A stretch of DNA of 64,000 nt, taken from positions 144,375 to 208,374 of IMG/VR virus record IMGVR_UViG_3300029945_000001; one strand, 5' to 3'. Positions 48,707-58,112 of the stretch are shown in pieces. The notes beneath the pieces are model-generated. The model was given only the letters and a program-made list of their open reading frames with translations, made no database searches and was not told the DNA's origin. How positions within the stretch are numbered: the first letter of the stretch is position 1; every line of letters begins with the position of its first letter. The position numbers were made by a program, and so were the translations under genes.

Positions 48707-50347
48707 ATGGCTAACTTTATTGGTAATGATTATGAATTGAATAATAAAGGCATGTTTGAAAATAAATTTAATAATGACAAGAAAGTTGTTATTTATATAT
48801 TCTCCCCTCGTAATTTTACTGATCAATGTATACGTCCTATGACATATGAAATTAATCGTGGTGTTCTTGGACAAGTTCAAGAGTGCATGAGCGATGCCGT
48901 TCATCAATGTAATGAAAATCTTGTTTTGAAATTAGCTGATGATATTAATGTTCAGGGAGCCATCAAATCACAATGGTCTCCTGATCGTATTGTTAAAGCC
49001 AGTGAGTTCAGTCATGAAACTGGCTGGACTTTTCTTATGTATATTGATAATCTTCCTATTTATAATAGCAGTGGTATTCAGATGCAATGTGCAAATAGTC
49101 GAACTATCTATTTTGGACGATTTAGTGACGAACCTATGAATCTGCATGGTACCATCAATCCCGATACTGTCATGATTATTCTTCATAAAACTGGCGTTAC
49201 TGCACAACGATATGGTGATAAAGATCTTATTGGTCTCCAAAATGATACTGATATTATCCACGGAAATACTTTACAGTTCTTATCTGATCGCGATTCGTAT
49301 TTGATGCGTCCTGAAGAATTAAGCAATGTTACCGATTTGACGAATAATACTTCTGTTACAATGATTACTGAAATGAATAAGCTTGGTAATCAAGGTGAAG
49401 CTATTATTACAAATACTAGTTTAAAAACACCATCTCAAAATATGGGTCATATTCTTCGCGGTATTGCTAAAACTAAGATTGATGCTCGTAGTCCTAATAA
49501 TGGGATGATGCATTCTGATTTGTTACAAGAATCTTATTTTGATAGTCTTACAAACAATTTACGAGATGTTAGTTTTGGATCTTCCATTCTTGATCTCGAT
49601 AGTTGTATTTCATTAGGTGATTTTGTTAGTCGATTTGACCCTAAAATTATTGATTTCAATGTTGGTAATGGATTTAACCAAAGAGATCAAAGTGTTGCAT
49701 GTGCTTCGAATGCAGCTAGCTCTATGTTGGCACAGGTCATTCCTGTTGTTATGACACAGTATATGATTGCAAATGTTGGTTTTGTTTACAATAGCTTTTA
49801 TGATAAACAACAATTAAATGTTGGCGGACGAGCCCTTGAAGTTACCCAGGGTACTCTTGGATATCTTGTCCCCAACCTTGATGAAGATACTAAAGCTCGT
49901 AATTTTCAATATTTTATTCGTGATCTTACAAATGGTATTTTTAAAGTTCTTGAATTTCAACGTGGTGATTTTGAACTAAGTGCAAGTGTCTGTTTTGCTG
50001 GTTTAACGCATATTAACTTTCATTATCTTTGCGACAATGAACGATATCGTGAAAACTATGAAGTTCCAACTATTCTTGGTGGTATGATTTCTCCGCTTAT
50101 TGGATCTGGTGATGCGATTGGATATAACAGTAGAAATTTGAGTACCTTATTAGGTATTGGTATTGGTGATGATACTCGTCCTCTTCTTGGTATGGATGAT
50201 GGTCCTTCTGAGATGCAGAAGCTTTTTGGTGCTATCGACGAAGGACGTAAGAATAAGAATTTTGGATCTATTGGTAACGGAAATAGTTTTATAAATAATA
50301 ACAGCAACATCTTTAAAAGCAATAACGACGATGATCTTATTTTATAA
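48707..50347 (+). CDS. Putative PicA/Imp1 nuclear-import protein (phiKZ gp69-like)
   Basis: 546 aa; position between the gp68-like subunit and the nvRNAP beta gene; RBS ggaggg. Synteny-based. Confidence 0.55.
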   Translation: MANFIGNDYELNNKGMFENKFNNDKKVVIYIFSPRNFTDQCIRPMTYEINRGVLGQVQECMSDAVHQCNENLVLKLADDINVQGAIKSQWSPDRIVKASEFSHETGWTFLMYIDNLPIYNSSGIQMQCANSRTIYFGRFSDEPMNLHGTINPDTVMIILHKTGVTAQRYGDKDLIGLQNDTDIIHGNTLQFLSDRDSYLMRPEELSNVTDLTNNTSVTMITEMNKLGNQGEAIITNTSLKTPSQNMGHILRGIAKTKIDARSPNNGMMHSDLLQESYFDSLTNNLRDVSFGSSILDLDSCISLGDFVSRFDPKIIDFNVGNGFNQRDQSVACASNAASSMLAQVIPVVMTQYMIANVGFVYNSFYDKQQLNVGGRALEVTQGTLGYLVPNLDEDTKARNFQYFIRDLTNGIFKVLEFQRGDFELSASVCFAGLTHINFHYLCDNERYRENYEVPTILGGMISPLIGSGDAIGYNSRNLSTLLGIGIGDDTRPLLGMDDGPSEMQKLFGAIDEGRKNKNFGSIGNGNSFINNNSNIFKSNNDDDLIL

Positions 50348-50432
50348 AATATGATATCATATTCTAGAATTGAAACCGGAGTGGGTTGTTGACAACCCAT
50401 TTCTATTCTTCAGAAAATCCAAGGGGACTTAA

Positions 50433-51725
50433 ATGACAGCTGACATTGTTATGGTTAAAACCCATGATGTTACGAATTGTCTTAGATATTTAATTAACTT
50501 ATCTGCGCCTGTTTATTCTACTGATGATGATGGTTATGTTATCGATTCTAATGATAATCGTATAAAGATTACTTCTGGTAAGGATGAGAAACGCCATGTA
50601 TTATTATTCCAAGAAGTCTTTAATGATCAAGAAGCACTCATGCTTAACCCGTTTGCTGAGCTCACCACTGATCATCCTGCTAATCGTTTCTTCTATAGAA
50701 CTGTTCGTGGCGGCGCTGTTGGTTGGATTCAATTTGCTTATCGCGAGCTTATCAAAGTAGCTGTTAAAGCTAAAGATAAATCTGAAAAGACTATTCCTAC
50801 AAAATTAATTAATCTTGTTAGTGGTATTGTTGACAAGGTCGATGAAAAGACTCTTGTTGAATTTGATAAAATTCTTAAGAATGAAACTGATATGTTTGTT
50901 GATGTTATGTATCGCGATAAAACTATGATGTGTACTTTGAATGTTCGTCTTTTAAATAGTAAGCAAGAACTCATTGATGCTTATAAAGAAAAGTTCAATG
51001 TCCGTAAGGGTACTTGGGCAGTTCTTATGTATCTTACTGAAAAGATCTTTGATATTAAGACTATTGATGAACTTGAAGAAAAGTATTATGTAAAGCCTGA
51101 ATTCGATGGTCCAGTTGCTCCGTGTCCTCGAATGATTTCTACTGTTCATTTATTGTACAAAATCTATGATAAGATCAATCCTATTATTGATATGGTTGAT
51201 GGTATTTATACTAAGAATATGTCACAGTTTGCCATTCATGTTAATAATCTTCCCAAGTATATTAAAATTGCTAGTAGTGTTGCACAAGATGCAAATAAGA
51301 TCAATTCTTCTGTTGCTAGAATTGTCCAGAAGCCTGCTCAACAGCAACAGAGTACTGGAAATTCAATGTTTGGTAATTTAACAAAATCAAATAGTCTCTT
51401 TGGTGATAATTTAAGTACACCTAAGAATGCATATACTGAACATCTGTTTGGTTCTGGATTTGGTAGCACTGGTTCATTTGCTAATTTGAATAATCAATCT
51501 AATCAGAATGGTGGTGGTATGTTTGGAGCCATGTTTGGTGGTGGTAGTTCATTTGGGAATAATAATAATAATAATAATAACTTTGGTTCTAATCAGAGTA
51601 GTAATTTTGGTAGTTTCAATATCGAAAAACCGATGCCATTAAATCGCGCCCCTATGGCTGGAGAAGGATCGAATTTTGGGAGTAATTCGTTTGGCGGAAC
51701 TCCCGGAATGCCAAATATCCTATAA
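50433..51725 (+). CDS. phiKZ gp70-position protein: folded N-terminal ~300 aa plus 128-aa FG-repeat low-complexity tail
   Basis: RBS agggga; LNPFAE motif; tail from QQQQS (51339) has 11 FG dipeptides in N/S/G/Q-rich spacers. Confidence 0.75.
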   Translation: MTADIVMVKTHDVTNCLRYLINLSAPVYSTDDDGYVIDSNDNRIKITSGKDEKRHVLLFQEVFNDQEALMLNPFAELTTDHPANRFFYRTVRGGAVGWIQFAYRELIKVAVKAKDKSEKTIPTKLINLVSGIVDKVDEKTLVEFDKILKNETDMFVDVMYRDKTMMCTLNVRLLNSKQELIDAYKEKFNVRKGTWAVLMYLTEKIFDIKTIDELEEKYYVKPEFDGPVAPCPRMISTVHLLYKIYDKINPIIDMVDGIYTKNMSQFAIHVNNLPKYIKIASSVAQDANKINSSVARIVQKPAQQQQSTGNSMFGNLTKSNSLFGDNLSTPKNAYTEHLFGSGFGSTGSFANLNNQSNQNGGGMFGAMFGGGSSFGNNNNNNNNFGSNQSSNFGSFNIEKPMPLNRAPMAGEGSNFGSNSFGGTPGMPNIL

Positions 51726-51735
51726 GGCCAATGAG

Positions 51736-51764
51736 ATATAAGGAGGGTGTTGCCCTCCTTATAT
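51736..51764 (+). terminator. Intrinsic terminator
   Basis: atataaggaggg-tgttg-ccctccttatat followed by ttttt. Confidence 0.8.
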
Positions 51765-51784
51765 TTTTTAAAGGATAAGTCATA

Positions 51785-52933
51785 ATGACAGAACCAAAAG
51801 ATAGAGTTAGTTCTGTAGAAACATTTCATGGTTATGTTGCAGAAGATAAAGATAAAGATAGTGTAATTATAAAAGTATATATTCCAGAATTACAACCAAT
51901 GCAAACTGGTGCTATCGATGCTAAGAATTCTAGCGCAAATATTGCGGTTATGGATGCTTCTGGTAAATCTATAACTTTTAATACAACAACATCAAATAAT
52001 ATTTCTGCTACGTATGAAGGTGATGGTAATCATAAATATCCTCCTGATGTTATGAAAGGCGAACAGGTTACTGTTAGAAGAGTAAGTTCTGATAAATTTA
52101 CTTGGTCTTGTGATGGTCGAGATAAATACCTACGGAAAAATGAAACACTAAGAATAGAAATAGCAAATAGGCAGGGCGAAGATGATCTCGATGATACAAA
52201 TACTTATTTGATTGAATTAGATACAAAAAGAGGAAAACATTTTAGAATATCATTGGCTAATAGTGATGGTGAATTTACATCTTATAAATTAGAAGTAGAT
52301 ATGGATAATGCTACTGCTTATTTTGGAGATATATTGGGAAATACAGTGTGTATTGATAGTAATAAACCACAAGTTGTTTTAACAAACTCCGATGACTGTA
52401 TGATAAACTTACAAGGAAAAAATGGGCAAATCATTATACCAGAAACATTGCTCATTTCAGCTGGTAAAAATATGATTTTAAATTCCCCACTACTAAGTAT
52501 TGCAAATACTTCTGGAGATGGTATATTTGAAATCGCCTCTAATTTTGTTAACTTTACTGTTACAAATTCAACTGTTTTTAATAGTCCTTGTTTTGGCGTA
52601 ACTGGTTCATCTAAATTCATCGGACAGATGGTTGCTTCTGCTATTAGAGCTGCAAGTTATAATTCTGGAGATCCAGGATCTCAATATAAAGCTTCATCCA
52701 TCTCATCTGGGTTAGATGGTAGTTGGAGTGGGACTGCGAATGGTAACTCTCCAGATAATGGAACTGGTGATGGTGAACGACATACTGCTGCTTATGAAGA
52801 TATGGTGAAAACTATAAATACAGTTATTGAATGTTTTAATCAGGTTCAGGGCGTTATTGGCGTTCCTTCTTCGCAAGGACAGCTAGCTGGAGAAGTTGCA
52901 GCATCTATTATGCCATTGAATATGGGAGAATAA
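51785..52933 (+). CDS. Baseplate central-spike-like protein (gp5/VgrG OB fold plus beta-helix)
   Basis: GYVAEDK..IIKVYIPEL..YPPDVMKGEQVTV OB-fold pattern followed by short beta-strand repeats. Confidence 0.55.
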   Translation: MTEPKDRVSSVETFHGYVAEDKDKDSVIIKVYIPELQPMQTGAIDAKNSSANIAVMDASGKSITFNTTTSNNISATYEGDGNHKYPPDVMKGEQVTVRRVSSDKFTWSCDGRDKYLRKNETLRIEIANRQGEDDLDDTNTYLIELDTKRGKHFRISLANSDGEFTSYKLEVDMDNATAYFGDILGNTVCIDSNKPQVVLTNSDDCMINLQGKNGQIIIPETLLISAGKNMILNSPLLSIANTSGDGIFEIASNFVNFTVTNSTVFNSPCFGVTGSSKFIGQMVASAIRAASYNSGDPGSQYKASSISSGLDGSWSGTANGNSPDNGTGDGERHTAAYEDMVKTINTVIECFNQVQGVIGVPSSQGQLAGEVAASIMPLNMGE

Positions 52934-52938
52934 ACATT

Positions 52939-53433
52939 ATGTTTTTTATAAAGGAGAAAACTGAAAAGATAGATATGTATACTGAATTAAATTTATTTTA
53001 TGATGTCATTATATCTTGGTGTGTAGATCAAGACTTTTTAATAGATGAAAATGGAATATATAGATTAAACACGGATAAAGAAGATGATCATAAATATATC
53101 ATTATGACTATTGCCAAATGGGATCTAAAATCTGTTATCGTAAAGACGCATCTTAGTAAGTTTATAGAAGAAGTTTTAAATCAATTTGATACTATGTCAA
53201 AGATTATAGATTTAAATATTTTTATAGAAAACAATATATCAAGATCATTTCTATTAAACTTAAAAGAAAAACATAAATTAACATTAACTGAGAATTTAGA
53301 TGTTTTTTATAATAAGTATAAAAGTTATGAAGTTATTACAGTAAAAGAGATATTTAAAAGATACCCCTGGATATGGCTATTCTGGTATATTCAATATATT
53401 TTCAGAGGAACTGTAAATTATAACAGAAAATAG
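52939..53433 (+). CDS. Hypothetical protein
   Basis: 164 aa; ends YPWIWLFWYIQ. Confidence 0.55.
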   Translation: MFFIKEKTEKIDMYTELNLFYDVIISWCVDQDFLIDENGIYRLNTDKEDDHKYIIMTIAKWDLKSVIVKTHLSKFIEEVLNQFDTMSKIIDLNIFIENNISRSFLLNLKEKHKLTLTENLDVFYNKYKSYEVITVKEIFKRYPWIWLFWYIQYIFRGTVNYNRK

Positions 53434-53436
53434 GTA

Positions 53437-53472
53437 TATGAAGAGAGAGCCCGATCGGGCTCTCTCTTCATA
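53437..53472. terminator. Perfect 36-bp palindrome, bidirectional terminator
   Basis: tatgaagagagagcccga|tcgggctctctcttcata. Confidence 0.75.
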
Positions 53473-53477
53473 CATAT

Positions 53478-53828
53478 TTACAATGTTGTTTTAACCAAAG
53501 ATGTTTTATATAAATTAAATACAGTCCTTAAGTATTCAATAGTTGGAACATACATAAATTTAATATCTTTAAATTGTTCATCTCCATGAAGATCATTTAT
53601 CTCTCTAATGACGTATTCTAAATCTAAACTAATACCAACATATTTCATATAGTCTTTCAATCTATATTGATATGTTGCCATAATGTCATATGTCAATGTA
53701 TATATTTTAGAATTTTTAATAAATAGATTTTTATAATCTTTTACAAATTGTATCCAACCTGCATCAGTATTGCTATATTTTGAAATAACTGAACTTCTTA
53801 ATATACTGGATAATGTGGTTGAAGCCAT
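53478..53828 (-). CDS. Small baseplate/LysM-like (T4 gp53-type) protein
   Basis: YQYRLKDYM...YVIREINDL...FMYVP pattern; RBS aggagg. Confidence 0.4.
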   Translation of the reverse strand: MASTTLSSILRSSVISKYSNTDAGWIQFVKDYKNLFIKNSKIYTLTYDIMATYQYRLKDYMKYVGISLDLEYVIREINDLHGDEQFKDIKFMYVPTIEYLRTVFNLYKTSLVKTTL

Positions 53829-53913
53829 AGTTTTACAAACCCTCCTCTTGTTTAAAAAATCAATTTATATATATAATATTTATACTATTGTATCTATATT
53901 TGACTTTTCAAAT

Positions 53914-53926
53914 AAATATATATTAC
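53914..53926 (+). promoter_or_regulatory. Putative early promoter AAATATATATTAC
   Basis: Exact copy of 3411 and 45889, upstream of the RNAP beta gene. Confidence 0.7.
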
Positions 53927-53971
53927 TACTTTGACGACACAGAAAAAAGCTTAACATAGGGGTAGCTAAAC

Positions 53972-56062
53972 GTGTCAAAGTTACAAATCGCCGAAGAGTT
54001 TCCGAGTTTAGATAATGTTAGTGTTGATAGTCGTATTCTTGGATTACAGCCTGGTTTATATCCTCATTTAAAGAATAGTTCTGGTCAGCGCACTGATATG
54101 CACGGTTCGCATGTCAATCAAACTATTTTAGTTGATGGTAGTCAATTTGCATTTCAATTTACTGGTAAAGAATATGACTTTGGACAATTTGATATTAATG
54201 ATACTCATAGAGAACAAGATATGATTATTCTTGCTGTTGTTCAAAAGTATCCTAACATCAATTATATTCAGCAGGCACATACAGTTATCTGTAAGGGTCT
54301 CGATGATTGTAAAATCCATCACTTTATTGTTAGTCCATATACTAAAGTTGCTGATGGTTTTGGTTATGAAAATGTTTTAAGCAATAGACATTCTCTTCGA
54401 GCTGGTGAAGTCCTTTTAAAAGAAACTGTTCTCTCAAGATCTCCTATTAATAAAGATGGTGCTTACTGTATGGGTCGTAATGTTAATGTTGCATATATGA
54501 CATCTCCCCATATCATTGAAGATTCCATGTGGATCTCCGATGAATTAGCAGATAACTTAAGTTCTAGTGCTATCTATAAACAGATTTTTGTAATCGGAAG
54601 TAATAACATCCCGATTAATCTTTATGGTGATGATGTTAACTATAAATTCCTTCCTGATCTTGGTGAAACTATTTCTGATTATGGTATTATTTCTGCATTT
54701 AGAAAAACAACACCAGAAACATTTATTGCAGATACAATGCCTAATGAATTAACAAAACCTCAGGCTATGCATGATATGTGTTATGTTGCACATAAAGGCG
54801 CTAAAGTTATCGATATCGATGTTCAGATTTCTCGCGGTGCTAAAATCTCTGGCAAGTGGTATGACCAGGCTAAGAAGTATTCTGATAGTCATATTAAATA
54901 CTGTGAAGAAATTGTTAAGGTTTATGAGACGAATCGTAACTTAGAATGCTCAAGTGCTTTTAATAGATTAGTTTCTGATTGTATGAAACGATTAATTGCT
55001 GAAGGTAGACGAGTTAAAAATATCTATACAAAATGCAAGCTTGGTATTATTGGTAGGAATAATCGTCCTATCGAATTTATGAGAATTGTCGTTACATATA
55101 TTGAAAAACGCCATATGTCCTTTGGATATAAAACTACTGGTCGTGAAGGTGCGAAAGGTGTTATTGGACATATTGTTCCAAAGAGCTGTATGCCTGTTGA
55201 TGAAGATGGATTTGTTGCTGATCTTGTTTTAGATCCTGCATCTTGTATTGCACGCATGAATACAGGACAATGGATAGAACAAGGTATTAATCGTATTTCT
55301 GAATTTGTTAGACGAAGAGCTGTTGAGCTATATAAGACAGATAAACAATCAGCAATCGATATGTTATTTGAGTATTATAATGATCTTAATCCTAATTATC
55401 TAAAACAAGTTATTGCAACGAATCCAGATTTTAAAAGTCAGTGTGTGCATTTTGGAAGAAGTACTAGTGATGAAGGTGGTATTTATATTTGGTTGCCTCC
55501 GTTCTTAAAACACATTACTATGAAACATTTTGATTTCTTAAGAAAGAAGTATAAAGTTGGTATTTCTAAAGCATCTTATAAACGCGTTGATAGCGATGGC
55601 AATATCATTGCTGAGTTCGTATCGGATAAACCTGTTTGTATTGGTTCTAAGTATGTTATCGCGCTTTGTAAAGTTCCTTATCAGACAGCACCTGGTGTTG
55701 GTCATGTTAATCAATTTGGCGTTCCTATGAAGTCATCTAATCCTAATATTAAAAATCAATATACGGTTCGTATTAGTGCATTGAAATATGGCGAAGATGA
55801 ATGGCGAACTGTTGGTATGGATATGGGCGAAGATGCAAATGAAATGATTCGTTATACGAGCCTACATGCAAACAGTCCTACTGGTGTTAATGTTCTAGTT
55901 ACTGATATTTTAAAGAATAAGAATCCTACAAATATTGAACGTATCAATATTACTAATGAAGAACTTGTTAAGAAGAATAGTGTCTTAAATTTGTTCAGTC
56001 ACATGATTACAACTTTAGGTATTAAGATTGAATCTGAACTTAAAGAGGTTATTAGCCCATGA
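53972..56062 (+). CDS. Non-virion RNA polymerase beta subunit, C-terminal part (phiKZ gp71-73-like), uninterrupted
   Basis: SSGQRTDM, GRNVNVAYM..IEDSMWIS, GYKTTGREGAKGVI (both catalytic lysines), DEDG..DLVLDP..ARMNTGQ, KYGEDE. Confidence 0.93.
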   Translation: MSKLQIAEEFPSLDNVSVDSRILGLQPGLYPHLKNSSGQRTDMHGSHVNQTILVDGSQFAFQFTGKEYDFGQFDINDTHREQDMIILAVVQKYPNINYIQQAHTVICKGLDDCKIHHFIVSPYTKVADGFGYENVLSNRHSLRAGEVLLKETVLSRSPINKDGAYCMGRNVNVAYMTSPHIIEDSMWISDELADNLSSSAIYKQIFVIGSNNIPINLYGDDVNYKFLPDLGETISDYGIISAFRKTTPETFIADTMPNELTKPQAMHDMCYVAHKGAKVIDIDVQISRGAKISGKWYDQAKKYSDSHIKYCEEIVKVYETNRNLECSSAFNRLVSDCMKRLIAEGRRVKNIYTKCKLGIIGRNNRPIEFMRIVVTYIEKRHMSFGYKTTGREGAKGVIGHIVPKSCMPVDEDGFVADLVLDPASCIARMNTGQWIEQGINRISEFVRRRAVELYKTDKQSAIDMLFEYYNDLNPNYLKQVIATNPDFKSQCVHFGRSTSDEGGIYIWLPPFLKHITMKHFDFLRKKYKVGISKASYKRVDSDGNIIAEFVSDKPVCIGSKYVIALCKVPYQTAPGVGHVNQFGVPMKSSNPNIKNQYTVRISALKYGEDEWRTVGMDMGEDANEMIRYTSLHANSPTGVNVLVTDILKNKNPTNIERINITNEELVKKNSVLNLFSHMITTLGIKIESELKEVISP

Positions 56063-58017
56063 TCAAGTTTGATGTTTTTAATACAAAGATAGATTTTGAT
56101 TTAACGAAACAGTTATTAGCTAATAAGAATGAAATTTTCCTTGTGGATCTTGAAGATGGTCCATTGGAAATATCTGGAAAGTTCTTAATGTTAAATGTTT
56201 GGTTTTGGAAAATTCTTGTTGATAGAAATGTCCGTCCTTCTAGAAAACATTGTTTATTAGAAAAAATAATCACTAAAGAAAATCAGACTGCTGTATTAAC
56301 ACATATTGAGAATACTATTCGTGAAAGAAATCCTAATTATATTAACGAGTATGTAAAAGATAAATTAGGAAATGATCTTAAGTATTTAACACTAAATGAT
56401 GATATTTGTATGTGTGATAATAATATTCATCGTATGGTGTCATGGCAACTTGGTTCTTACGAAATGTCTTGCTCTGCATTTGAAATATGTGATATGTTAT
56501 TCGATCAAGAATATGATCAGCATAGAAAGTATGATATTAAGAAAGAAGAACGTCTTGGTATTAAACATGTAGAGAAAAGAATAGCCAATCAAATAGATAC
56601 TTTTATTAAAGAGATTAGTGATAACGACACTATTCTTTCTATTCCTCTTAAAGTTGGTTCTATGAGTAAGAAACAGATTGGTCAGGTTTTTGTTGGTATT
56701 GGATATCGTACCGATGCTGACGATACTATTGTTATGCGTCCTATTACTGAAAATTACTTAGATGGTTTAAACAGCACACACTCTTATTTAACAGAAAGTC
56801 TTGCTGGCAAGAAGACAATCTATTACAATAAGGATGCTATGCCGGATAGCCAATATAGTAATCGCAGACAACAGATTCAGAGTTCTATTATCCAAAAGTT
56901 ATATGCTGGTGATTGTGGAACAGATCGTTTTATCCAAGTATATATCCATGCTGGTATTGCTAGTAAAGGACAAATGGATGGTAAATTGATTTATGAAAAT
57001 GGTGTTCTCACTATGATCAATAGAGAAAACGTCTCTAATTTTTATGGTAAATATGTTAACATGCGTTCTCCATTTACATGTAATCACACCAATGGTACAT
57101 GTGCGGTATGTCTTGGTGCATTGGCAGCACAATTCTTACCCTCTACAAATATTGGTTTAGAAGCTGCACAAAACTATATGAGTGATGCATCACAACTTGT
57201 GTTGAGTGCAAAACACTTTACGAATACCGATGCTGTTCTCTATGGTATTCCTCCGCAAATGAAAGAATATCTATTTATTAGACAAAATGATATTTATCTT
57301 AGAGAAGAATTTAATATCAAACCAGTTAAGGTTGGTATACCTTTTATTAATATGAAGAATATAAATGATCTTAATAGTATTAAGAATGATAAGTTTATTC
57401 ACGAACAACATTTTAGTAGTATTACAGAAATGCTCTTTATACGCGGAGATACTGGTGAACTTGTATCACAATATGCAACAATGCCAATGAACAATATTAT
57501 CCCGTTCTTCTCATTAGAATTCTTGAAATACATTAAAGCTAATATCCATCGTTGTACTATTGACAATATGATTTGGATTCCTCTTGATGAGTTTAATGCA
57601 GCTGAATATCCGATTATGAGATATACCATTGAGAGTAGTAGTATGGTTAAATTTAATAACAGTTTGAGCAATTTTATGCTCAGTGGTGTTGCTTCATATA
57701 CCTCTATTTCTGATGTCTTACGAGATTTTAGTGAACTTGTTTATAAACAAATTACAACCAATTTTGCTCATATCGAAATCGTCCTCAAATCTTATCTTAA
57801 AACATCTAAAGATAATTATAGAATTCCAATTATTCGAGATCCGAATAATGTCATGTTCGATAGTCTTGGTCGTAATATTCCAAGACGATCTATTGGTGCA
57901 CAATTTGCATATGAAAAACAAATGGCATATCTTACAAATCCTAAGACTTATCTTGAAGACAAACCTCCTGGATTTTTCGATACATTCATGGGTCTTACAG
58001 TTGGTCTTAGTCTCTGA
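56059..58017 (+). CDS. Non-virion RNA polymerase beta-prime C-terminal subunit (phiKZ gp74-like)
   Basis: YLDGL..ESLAGKK, DCGT, MRSPFTC...CAVCLG Zn site, SQLVLSAKH trigger-loop region. Confidence 0.9.
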   Translation: MIKFDVFNTKIDFDLTKQLLANKNEIFLVDLEDGPLEISGKFLMLNVWFWKILVDRNVRPSRKHCLLEKIITKENQTAVLTHIENTIRERNPNYINEYVKDKLGNDLKYLTLNDDICMCDNNIHRMVSWQLGSYEMSCSAFEICDMLFDQEYDQHRKYDIKKEERLGIKHVEKRIANQIDTFIKEISDNDTILSIPLKVGSMSKKQIGQVFVGIGYRTDADDTIVMRPITENYLDGLNSTHSYLTESLAGKKTIYYNKDAMPDSQYSNRRQQIQSSIIQKLYAGDCGTDRFIQVYIHAGIASKGQMDGKLIYENGVLTMINRENVSNFYGKYVNMRSPFTCNHTNGTCAVCLGALAAQFLPSTNIGLEAAQNYMSDASQLVLSAKHFTNTDAVLYGIPPQMKEYLFIRQNDIYLREEFNIKPVKVGIPFINMKNINDLNSIKNDKFIHEQHFSSITEMLFIRGDTGELVSQYATMPMNNIIPFFSLEFLKYIKANIHRCTIDNMIWIPLDEFNAAEYPIMRYTIESSSMVKFNNSLSNFMLSGVASYTSISDVLRDFSELVYKQITTNFAHIEIVLKSYLKTSKDNYRIPIIRDPNNVMFDSLGRNIPRRSIGAQFAYEKQMAYLTNPKTYLEDKPPGFFDTFMGLTVGLSL

Positions 58018-58023
58018 TTATTG

Positions 58024-58055
58024 ACAAGGGATGGTCCAGACGGACCATCCCTTGT
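58024..58055 (+). terminator. Intrinsic terminator
   Basis: acaagggatggtcc-agac-ggaccatcccttgt followed by tttattttt. Confidence 0.85.
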
Positions 58056-58112
58056 TTTATTTTTATAGACTAAATTCTTCTCTTATTATATGACATAATA
58101 CATTACCATTAA

